A DNA stretch of 64,000 nt from Ramazzottius varieornatus (taxonomy: Eukaryota; Animalia; Tardigrada). The notes beneath the pieces are model-generated. The model ran no database searches, was not told the origin of the DNA, and worked only from the letters and a program-made list of their open reading frames with translations. Shown piece after piece: positions 51,540 to 64,000 of this stretch. Where the stretch lies: positions 4,013,158-4,077,157 of the forward strand of contig BDGG01000003.1 in assembly GCA_001949185.1 (NCBI GenBank), given 5' to 3'. The position numbers and the translations under genes were made by a program. Each line of letters begins with the position of its first letter. The stretch's first letter is position 1.

Positions 51540-51973
51540 ACAGACAAGGCAAACTTCGGACGGCAAAAGAACAAGAAGAAGGATAGCCTTCCAGCAAGGA
51601 ATAGTGCAAATGAAGATTGTATGAACAACGCGTTTTCGCTCGGAAGTGGGCAAAGTTTCCGCCGTTCCAATTTTGGATAAAAACGGTAGTGTTACGTCAT
51701 CGTTAAGCTTGGCACACCCTTCAGCAACGTGTGATTCTGCTCGGTCAGGCACACATGGGGTTTAGTTGGCTCGGCTTGCTGTGCCCTCTGCAGAAAGTGT
51801 GCTCCCTAATATCGAACGAAATTCCCGAACGACTTCCGCTGTGGAATTTCCCCCGTTATGAGCTTCCATTTATTGCCATTTTTGACAGAATAGGCATGAA
51901 GCCAGGTGTTCAAAGATACTTGTGAATTAATTTGGGGTTTTTATAGGGGACGGTTAGTGAGAAAACCGTCAGT

Positions 51974-52091
51974 GGGCGAAGTATGCGCCAGTTCGGCAAA
52001 CGGGCGAAGTACGCGCCAGTTCGGCAAACGGGCGAAGTATGCGCCAGTTCGGCAAACGGGCAAAGTATGCGCCAGTTCGGCAAACGGGCGA
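51974..52091 (+). repeat. 28-bp tandem array x4 upstream of the transposase
   Basis: Unit GGGCGAAGTATGCGCCAGTTCGGCAAAC starts at 51974, 52002, 52030 and 52058. Confidence 0.93.
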
Positions 52092-53018
52092 GGTTGGGCC
52101 TCGCTCCTCGTATTTGATCTCATAAAAGCCGGTAACAACAATGAAACCTGGACTCTTTAACAAGAGGAACATTCGAAACTCAAATTGTGCTTGCAGCCAA
52201 GCATATTTAAACGATAGCAGTGAGGACCGATAGTCACAAACTTCCCTAAGACGAGGTCGCGAAGTTCCCTGTCAGCGAGAAGGGCAACAGCTTTCTACGA
52301 TAACTCAAGCGGTCTATGATTCATTCTAAAGCTCCGCTGGAAGGCCAGCCTTTTGGGCGGAGCTCTCGCAATGAGGTTCAAAACATCATTATACCTTTTA
52401 CACGTTAAATCTGGAGTTTTCTTGGATAACCGACCAGTTTTTGGATCGTCTTCTGTAACGCTATACAGGCTAGAACACGGGTTCTACGGTGAACGACGCA
52501 CCTTCGGGATTTCCTCCAGCTCCAGGAAGTGGTTATTCGCCGTTCTTCCCGGTACTTTGTAGAGAGCTAAGGGCCTCAGCTATCACAAAAGAGCATTGGT
52601 TTCGTGATCGGCGAGTGACATGGTCTGAAGGGTCCCTCGTGAGGTCTGTATCTAAGTTCAAAGTCCCTTGAGTTTGATTTAACAGCTGAAGATCCTTTTA
52701 AAAAAGTTGCGTGCAGTCGAGACGAACTAACCATAATTACGACGAGTAGCATCACTATTTTCTGCAATGAAATCTTTCATTTCCATATCTATCTGTAGTT
52801 CGGTATCACTTCCATTCTAGCCAGCAGTCAAGACGCTATAAAAGTTAACACCAGGCGACATAGCCATCTAGGTTGACAGGTCGCCTACATTCAAAGTAAA
52901 AAGTATGTTCTTCGGTTGGTATGAAAGTAAAAAGATCATCTATCTCCCCAGTATCAAAGTCCGAATTCACTAGGAATTAAACTATTTACACATGTACCAT
53001 AGTACCGGCTCATTACCG

Positions 53019-56278
<3,260 letters not shown>

Positions 56279-57096
56279 TCTTGCGCTGAGGGGGTGTATG
56301 TGCTGCGCTCCAATAACCGGTTAGTAGTCTGGAAACTGGAGCGCGGATGTGTCGAATGCTGGGGAACTCATCCGAGTGCCTGAAAAGTTCAGAAACATTG
56401 GCGTTGAGATTTGAGAACGACATGAGATTCATGAATCATGAGAAGCGAGATACTGCTGCATGACCACAAAACTGGTAAAAAGGTTGACTGTTGGCCATCG
56501 GTACGAGGGAAAGGTTGTACAGTTAGCCACCCCATACAGGGTTTGTAAAGTTAGCCGTCAAAGTTCGCCTGTTCTCTCCTACCTACTCCCAAACATTTTT
56601 GGATAGATCGATAGATAAAATAATGGACTATCGGATGATCTTAGTACAGTTAACGTAACGATCTGGAGAATCCAAGAGATCCACAATTAAAGAAACGTTG
56701 AATCCCCTGTTAAAAAGCGAAGACTGACAATCAAATGGTCAATCAAGCGATAGACGCTACAGCCGTGGCTAACTTTACAAGCCCGGTATGGGGCGGCCAA
56801 GTTTACGAAATTTATCTCGTAGCTCGGCTTCTGAAGCTCGGATTTGAAACGACTCGCTTTCAGCGGTAACAGAATTCAAATAATCAAGCGATGCAATGAA
56901 TTTGGTAGTCTTTCGGTCGGTTCGGGCACGGACTGGGTGGTCCCACCTAGCCGTACAGTATTGAAGGAATGCTATGGTTTTCAATCAAAATATTAAATTT
57001 GATAGACTGTTTTCTCAAAGATTCTCGTCTTGCAGTCTTACTCCATCTTCAGAGTTCAGACCCCGAATGCTCTTCCCTCAAACTCAGAAGTAGAGG

Positions 57097-58677
57097 ATGG
57101 AGTATGCCGCTGCACTGAACATCATGGAGATCCATCTGGGACCCACATCTACGACTATGCTGCGTGAGCTAACGCAGCATGATTTAGTCTGTCCCGGTTC
57201 GCCTATGGAGGAGTATGTCGACGGGACATGCTGCGTACATCATCTGACCCAGTCCCAATGCCTCTCCCTCTTCAAGTGTCTGCTGCAAAATCAAGTGGAC
57301 CTGCTCGAAGGACACCTCACTTTTCTCCAGAGGCTTAGTGGCATAACTGAAATGTTATCTCATCTTGCTCAGCACAGAGCCGCAGCCGGGTTGTCGGATG
57401 AAGTTTCTACGGAAGCACGCGTTGTCTTCGAGCTTTTGCTCTCCCTGCCCTGTTCGCAAGATTTTTTTTTAATGTACGCGAAACAGAAAGCTCTAGCAAT
57501 GTTTCTCATTGTCTTTCGGAGCATGATGAATTCATTCTTCACAAGTCCGACGGCTGAGCTCGAGGAAAAGATTTCTGTTGGGTGTTGCCTGCAAGATGCA
57601 GCACAGAACCTTTCCAAGAGCAATCCGGAAGCCAACGATCAGAACAGCTCAAACTCATTAACTAAGTTCATCGTGGTGAAAGTCCTCCCAAACGTTGTTG
57701 CGAATTCTGCAGCAGTATCGCCTCTGGTACACTTCTTCACCCAAGCAATCGAGTATGGGCAACACGCTCCGCTTATGGCATCGCTACGGAAGAACGGTTG
57801 TGGGAACTTCGAGCGTCTGATCGTGGACGTTCTGATTTCCAACTGGAACGAGCCAACCGATTGGGCCTCTCAGAAGAAGTACAAGGAAGCCTTGTGCCTT
57901 TCAGATAGGTTCTTGGATTATGTTGCAGATATGGGATCGCTAAGCTCGAGCGCGAACCACGAACTGTACGGGGGCCTCGTGCTATGGACAGTCGACAACG
58001 CTGACTTCCTGGTCGAACGCTCGAGAGCAGGTGCTACTTTCACATTCGCGGACAAAGTCCAACGGTTGAAGGAAGGAGACGGAAAGGAATGCTGCTGTCA
58101 GCCTTCAGCTACTCTGACGTCCGTTCTGCTGAAAGCACTGTGTATTCAGGCTAGGTCTCTGGGCCGGAAGGACCCGGAAGTGACAGCGAAGTTCCTGACA
58201 AAAATGAACTTGGTGTTCGAGTCGCTGCCCGCGAACTGTGATGTTCATCGTGTTTCAGACTTCGGTGGTTTTCTTTTTTGTCTATTTGGTGGAGATGATG
58301 AAGACATGTGTGGCGCGATGCTGTATTGCCTGCATTTGCATCTTCTGCTCGAAGAAGTTCTTTCGCACCACCCTAAAAGAAGTTTACTTCCGGAACCAAG
58401 CAGTATGTTCGATTTGCTGATAGAGAAGGTCTGCGCGGACCACTGGATACTCGTATCCTGGATTTCCGATGACCAAAATTGCTTTCTGGTCTATTTTATG
58501 CAGTATCTCAAATATGTTGATAGCCGACGTTTGGTAGTTCCTCAGAAACAGGTTGTTCTGTTCAGAAAATTAGAAGTCTCACTGAGAGATTCTCAAAAAT
58601 CTGGAACCCTGGCTTTCAACAGTGCGCCTCTCTTACGGAGACTACTAAATGTGATAGAACAAAATTTATCGAAATGA
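57097..58677 (+). CDS. LINS1: Protein Lines homologue, single exon
   Basis: 526-aa ORF with LFGGDDEDM and C-terminal CFLVYFMQYLKY...L..L...LAFNSAPLLRRL, resembling the Lines N and C domains. Confidence 0.7.
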   Translation: MEYAAALNIMEIHLGPTSTTMLRELTQHDLVCPGSPMEEYVDGTCCVHHLTQSQCLSLFKCLLQNQVDLLEGHLTFLQRLSGITEMLSHLAQHRAAAGLSDEVSTEARVVFELLLSLPCSQDFFLMYAKQKALAMFLIVFRSMMNSFFTSPTAELEEKISVGCCLQDAAQNLSKSNPEANDQNSSNSLTKFIVVKVLPNVVANSAAVSPLVHFFTQAIEYGQHAPLMASLRKNGCGNFERLIVDVLISNWNEPTDWASQKKYKEALCLSDRFLDYVADMGSLSSSANHELYGGLVLWTVDNADFLVERSRAGATFTFADKVQRLKEGDGKECCCQPSATLTSVLLKALCIQARSLGRKDPEVTAKFLTKMNLVFESLPANCDVHRVSDFGGFLFCLFGGDDEDMCGAMLYCLHLHLLLEEVLSHHPKRSLLPEPSSMFDLLIEKVCADHWILVSWISDDQNCFLVYFMQYLKYVDSRRLVVPQKQVVLFRKLEVSLRDSQKSGTLAFNSAPLLRRLLNVIEQNLSK

Positions 58678-58692
58678 CAAAAGTACTGTACG

Positions 58693-59229
58693 CTATGTCG
58701 AAGGAACAAGACTGGAAGCGCCTGTTTGGTTGAGGTGCTTGACGATATCCACCCAGTTCCATCCTCTAGGCTTTCCGGCGTTCGCATTGTCCAAAGCAAA
58801 CTGAACGTTTTTAGATACGCTGTCAGAAACAGGATTCTCTTGCTCTTTATCCTCCCTATTTGTCTGAAGCAGGACTCCGGCCGGAAGGAGAGTATCAATG
58901 TTTTCTTTAGCGTATTCAAAGAGGGTATACGTCATCGCGGAACCTAGCCATACATTAGCTTCCTCTTGCAGCCTGGACCGAATGTCGTCCTTAACGGAAT
59001 CCGGAAGATGGCTGTTATAGAAGATATCCAAGCTGATATCCGGCGGAGCTTCCGGGTAGTTATCTGTCCACTTGATCTGCAGCATGAAACTCTTTGAATT
59101 GCTAGATGTGTCGTCCGACTCCACTCGATATTGGAATGTCCTGTTGTCGATTTTCCGGAAACGGTCGTCTCCCGAGTAGATAGACAGCAGCACCTCCACC
59201 TCTTCGTCCGTTTGGGCTTGAAGATCCAT
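58693..59229 (-). CDS. RWDD4: RWD domain-containing protein 4, single exon
   Basis: EEVEVLLSIY, W..YPEAPP, LGSAMTYTLFEYAKE, PRGWNWVDIVKHL. Confidence 0.92.
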   Translation of the reverse strand: MDLQAQTDEEVEVLLSIYSGDDRFRKIDNRTFQYRVESDDTSSNSKSFMLQIKWTDNYPEAPPDISLDIFYNSHLPDSVKDDIRSRLQEEANVWLGSAMTYTLFEYAKENIDTLLPAGVLLQTNREDKEQENPVSDSVSKNVQFALDNANAGKPRGWNWVDIVKHLNQTGASSLVPST

Positions 59230-59621
59230 CGTCGTAGAATTCTCGAAGGGTAAGGAAAAGAATTTTAGCCGGAAGTCCGGAGAATTTCTCACAAAATTCA
59301 AGATTTGGTAATTAATGGTTCTCCTTAATTGGCTTTCTGGAGATTGCGATTTAGGCTTGTTCGCGGCTTCTGGAAGCTGCTCAATCAACCTCGTAATCAA
59401 GCAAGACTGACGACGTTGGATTCGATGTGACGGGAAGATGGTAAGCCATGCCGTGTGGCTATCGATTGCGAAACAATTCCGTAGAAAATTATCTTCCAAG
59501 CAGAATTCTGTAACAAAATTTCTACTCCAAGTGGCAACTTCTGTCTGCCGTTCCAGTTTCTTTGATCCTGATTCCTGAATTGGTATTGGAGACGAATTGC
59601 GGAAGTTATCGCTGATCGACA

Positions 59622-62240
59622 ATGTCCCTGCAGGACAGAGTTCTGAAGCGCAAGATCCAGAAGTGGGGAGATTCGAAGAAACGAGAACGGACCAAACGGA
59701 GCGAGTCAGGACCAACCGGAAGTAGGAAGCGGAAAGCTGAGGATGTGGATCGGGACGACCAAGAAGACGGTCTAGGACAGACCGATTTAACAGCGCAAAG
59801 TCTGGAAGATGCTCCACAGCAAGGGCACAAAGCTCGACAAGATTCTGCAGGTATATTGTGGTCACGAATCACGATTCGCGAAGTCACTGAGCCGATTCAG
59901 ACGTCGGTAAATGAATGCTGGTGGCGCACGCTCGCTGTCAGTAACAATGTATATGTGCGCCAGTTGAGATAGTAATCTAGTGGACATAATTTGCCGACGT
60001 CCCGATCACAACCGTTAAGGCGTTTGTTGATGTATTCTGTGTATTACTGACTATGCCCGATATCCTTCTAGAAACCGCAGAACCCAGGCAAGATGCGTCC
60101 TCCTCAGGTCGAGCTTCGTTCAATACATTAAAAGGGAAAGTGTCGGATAAGCTGCTTCGAGCCGTAGCCGATATGGGCTTCACCCACATGACGGAAATTC
60201 AGGAAAAATGCATTCCGCCTCTCCTGACCGGAAAGTAAGTTTGAATGAGATGGAGAGAGCGATGGAGGACGTGGCAATGGATTATACATAGCAGTGTTTG
60301 TTGTCACTATAGGGACTTGATAGGTTCGGCGAGGACCGGAAGTGGCAAGACCTTGGCATTCCTCATCCCCGCTTTGGAGCTCCTCCACAAAGTAAACTTC
60401 CACCAGCGAAATGGCACTGGAATCATCATTATTTCTCCCACAAGAGAACTGTCCATGCAGACATTTGGCGTGCTGAAAGAACTGTCCAAATACATGTCGC
60501 ATACCTTCGGCCTGATCATGGGTGGAACTAACCGACAAGCCGAAGCGGACAAGTTGGTCAAAGGCGTGAATATACTGGTAGCCACTCCAGGACGCTTGTT
60601 GGACCATATGCAGAGCACTAAAGACTTCGTCTACAACAACCTCATTTGTCTCATCATTGACGAAGCCGACCGAATCCTCGATATTGGTTTCGAGGAGGAA
60701 ATCAAGCATATTATCCGTCTTTTGCCCAGTAAGCTAAATGGTCGATATGTGGCTAACTGTTCGCCTGTGTCAGAGATTTAATTTGTTGTTTTCCCTTGCA
60801 GGAAAACGTCAGACGATGCTGTTCAGTGCAACTCAGTCTGCCAAAACTACCGACCTGATCAAGATGGCGCTTACAGCTGCGCCACTGTACGTGGGTGTCG
60901 ATGATAACAAAGAGATGGCCACGGTGGAAGGGCTCAATCAGGTAAACAGGACGATTACCGGGACACTTCCCTAAAAGTTTCGTAGTTTGAAATTTGGGAT
61001 GAGGTTTTGGATTGCTTTTATAGAGATTGATTTTGGGTGTTTGACAAAAGTAGGCTAATGGCTAGTTTTTGGTGTGTTGCAGGGATATGTTGTGTGCCCG
61101 TCGGACAAAAGATTCCAACTTCTTTTCACATTCTTGAAGAAAAATAAGAAGAAGAAAGTGATGGTCTTCTTCAGCTCCTGCATGTCGGTGAAGTTCCACA
61201 ACGAAGTTTTCAACTACGTCGACCTTCCCACGGAGTGCATTCACGTGAGCTCAGCTTTTTTGTGAAAATTCCTGAACGTGGTCCAAAGTCACGTGAATTC
61301 ACGTCAAAGTTTGTTGTAGGGTCGACAAAAGCAAGCCAAACGAACCACTACTTTCTTCCAGTTCTGCAACGCAGAAAGTGGTATACTTCTTTGCACCGAT
61401 GTCGCAGCTCGCGGCTTGGACATTCCCGAAGTGGACTGGATTGTCCAGTACGATCCCCCGGATGACCCTAAGGTACTTTCGTAAAACAGTTTCTACAACG
61501 CATGGCAAGGTTGGTCACCGGCAGAAGTTCAAAGAAGCCGATCAAGTTTCAACAAAATTTAGTGATATGAATATGATTGTTTTCTGAAGTCGCGCACACT
61601 GTCAGCCGGTAGCAACGGAACAATGCGCCACTTGGGATTACAATCATGTTCGATTCATTTGACGACATCCTACTTATTCCCTTTTCTATCCTACTGTAGG
61701 AGTATATTCATCGAGTCGGTCGAACTGCCCGTGGAGAGGGTGGACGAGGTCAGGCGCTGCTGATTTTACGGCCAGAAGAGATAGGATTTTTAAAGTATCT
61801 GAAGCAAGTCAGAGTGCAGCTCACCGAATTCGAATTCTCCTGGAACAAGGTCGCTGACGTACAAGCTCAGTTCGAGAAGCTGATAGAGAAGAATTACTTC
61901 CTGAACATGTCGGGAAGAGAGGCCTACAAGTCATACGTCCGGTCCTACGATTCGCACCACCTGAAGACTATCTTCGACGTGAACACTCTGGACCTCACAC
62001 TGGTGTCCAAGTCGTTTGGCTTCAGCTCCGCACCCACGGTCGATCTCGGTACGCACTTTTCGACTTCTATGTATGAAGTTTAGTTCACGTCAGCGATGAG
62101 TGGTGTGCTTGTTAGGTGTTACCAGCAGCAAAGTCAAGGGAAGAGCGCCTATCGGCGCCGGCTACCAACGGCCAGCTATCGCGAAAAAGAGAAAAATCTA
62201 CAAGCAGTTCGCCACAAAGAAGGAACAAGAATACATGTAG
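59622..62240 (+). CDS. DDX18: DEAD-box RNA helicase DDX18/HAS1
   Basis: [73 protein letters not shown]. Confidence 0.97.
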
Positions 62241-62618
62241 ACATAATCTGTTTCTCAAACGGTAGTTGGCTATTAAAGGAAGCTAACTTTCCTTTGACGG
62301 AGAGTAGTCGACGCTTGAGGATTATATCCTTGAGTAGTTTTAAGCAGACTTGTCCGGCAGAAAGCCGAAGCTGGCTCTTCCGAGGGAAGATTAGAAAATT
62401 TCCGGGATCATCAGGATAGAACAGATTTAGCCCTGAGCTGGAAGAGCGTCGGTGAATGGTCACCGTCGACTCACCGAAGACTGATCGGAAATCAGTTAGA
62501 TAGTCTTTAATATTCGGCAAAGGTTGATCTTGGGTAAAAACCAGTATTGCTAACTTAACTGCCGCTGTGACTACTTGTTTATCTCGCAGCCCTTTGTTTA
62601 GTTTCGCAGCCGAGTTAG

Positions 62619-62645
62619 GTGGAGGTGGCCGAGTGGTAAGGCGTT
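62619..62645 (+). tRNA. 5' part of a second tRNA-Ser, truncated by the gap
   Basis: GTGGAGGTGGCCGAGTGGTAAGGCGTT matches the 5' end of the minus-strand tRNA, with one T fewer. Confidence 0.65.
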
Positions 62646-62777
62646 NNNNNNNNNNNNNNNNNNNNNNNNNNNNNNNNNNNNNNNNNNNNNNNNNNNNNNN
62701 NNNNNNNNNNNNNNNNNNNNNNNNNNNNNNNNNNNNNNNNNNNNNNNNNNNNNNNNNNNNNNNNNNNNNNNNNNNNN
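62646..62777. other. Assembly gap (N run)
   Basis: Run of N between the inverted tRNA copies. Confidence 0.99.
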
Positions 62778-62786
62778 CAAAAAGTT

Positions 62787-62867
62787 CGTGAAGGATGAGA
62801 TTCGAACTCATGCGGGAGAACCCATTTGGTTAGCAGCCAAACGCCTTAACCACTCGGCCACCTCCAC
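62787..62867 (-). tRNA. tRNA-Ser(GCT)
   Basis: Acceptor stem GTGGAGG/CCTTCAC; A-box TGGCCGAGTGG; anticodon arm TTTGG-CTGCTAA-CCAAA; long variable arm; T arm ATGAG-TTCGAAT-CTCAT; downstream T5 terminator. Confidence 0.95.
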
Positions 62868-64000
62868 CCATTACATAACGGAGTGGAATCTTAATCCGAT
62901 GAAGTGATGCAGAACAGGCCTGTTTTACGCCCTTGCGAGTAACCGGTTTGATGGAAAAATTCGCATAAAGCAGGAAACCTATTTCCCAAGCATAAACAAA
63001 CCAGCAAAATTACAAGAAACGCAGAGTACAGCAGAGAATTCCACAAAAATTTCGCTCCAGGGACCAGGACCAACCCAGTAACAGAAGGTCAGGAACAATA
63101 CTGCGTTCTTCCTGCCAGGTTCTCGGACGAAAAGGGCCTTGTCGAGTCAACAGAACACTAGAATACGGCTTTCTAATAAACTGTCACAAAACTCTTGCAC
63201 TGCCATATTTCCACAAAAACTTCCACGCTCGAGTTCAGCTTTTGGGACTGTTCAGGGTGCTTACCCTACGGACGAGATTAACCTGCTGATGGCGGAAGAG
63301 TGACAATAAGTTCGTAGTATACGGCGCACGCATAAAGCACTAATCTCGATGGCTGAGAGGAAACGTATGGGAAGAAGGGCTGTCATGAAACGGGATCCGT
63401 ATACGAGCATAGCGCACTTTTTTTGACGCATCGTACACCACATAATTGCACACTTGAGCTCGTGATCTCCCCTGACAATCTAGGTTTCATCTGGCTTGCA
63501 ATTGCGTCGAGTACAATGATTGATGGTTATTGACTGCAAGTGCGGAGGGAAAAAGCCGGGTTCCATCCAGTATTTAAGTTTAGAGAGGTGGTATCAACAA
63601 TGCACCCCTGTCTCATTACATGGCTAAGGTTGTATTTGACCCCTGTCACTCTTCAACATTCGTACGAGAGCTGGGAGACCCGGTGAATATTTCAGGAGTT
63701 ACGCAAGCTCGGGAAAGGTTCCCACAAATTGTGCCAAGCCTTCAGTTGGCGAACTGCAAAACCTAGTATGTTTAAGGTCCCTGACGAAAAGCAAAACTTG
63801 CGGACCCACAACAACACGCCGAACATCTCCAGCGCGACTTTCGACTTTCCTTCGGGGTACTCTGATGAGTTATGGGCGGCAGCTTTGACGATCTGCTGTA
63901 AGTTTTCAATCTAAAAAGTCACCTCTTCGTAACTGAATTTCCCCTTATCCAATTAATTAACCTCCTCAGTGTAGTTAGTTTTATCTACTTGGACAAGGAA

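Noticed and set aside
59230-59865. N-terminal extension making RWDD4 a 390-aa ORF
   Set aside because: Homology begins at Met 59229; the extension overlaps the DDX18 first exon antisense and starts at a non-ATG codon.
62891-63914. Possible 3' exons of a minus-strand gene at the window end
   Set aside because: Exon-like stretches exist but I could not build a consistent frame or identify a product.

Overview
Gene-dense eukaryotic (animal) genomic DNA with short spliceosomal introns, mostly 50-100 nt. It may come from an early-branching nematode or a similarly compact invertebrate genome (inference only). About 20 protein genes could be assembled by hand: XK-related scramblase, BTB/BACK protein, TRUB2, DDX42, MOCS3/UBA4, MPST/TUM1-type rhodanese, Snf7/CHMP6-like, importin-beta, GnRH/AKH-type receptor, condensin II CAP-H2, ERGIC3, XPD/ERCC2, Lines, RWDD4, DDX18, three paralogues of a secreted Cys-rich family and two orphans. 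There is also a decayed intron-containing pogo/DDE_1 transposase and an inverted pair of tRNA-Ser genes. The dominant non-coding signal is a ~125-bp palindromic element: GGGA..TCGGCAAAC...CCCAAGTGGCGCAC-N~25-GTGCGCCACTTGGG...GTTTGCCGA..TCCC. I found it by eye at 26 loci (30 cores, about one per 2.5 kb); 21 loci lie in introns of coding genes. Its arms co-vary within each copy and resemble a 28-bp tandem array upstream of the transposase. Other features: a second fixed-spacing intronic palindrome (ACCTGCATAC-N29-31-GTATGCAGGT), hAT, Tc1 and pogo-type MITEs, an internally deleted Tc1 element with a fused mini-ORF, three GC-AG introns and one candidate GG-AG intron. All coordinates were read by eye; repeat ends are approximate.
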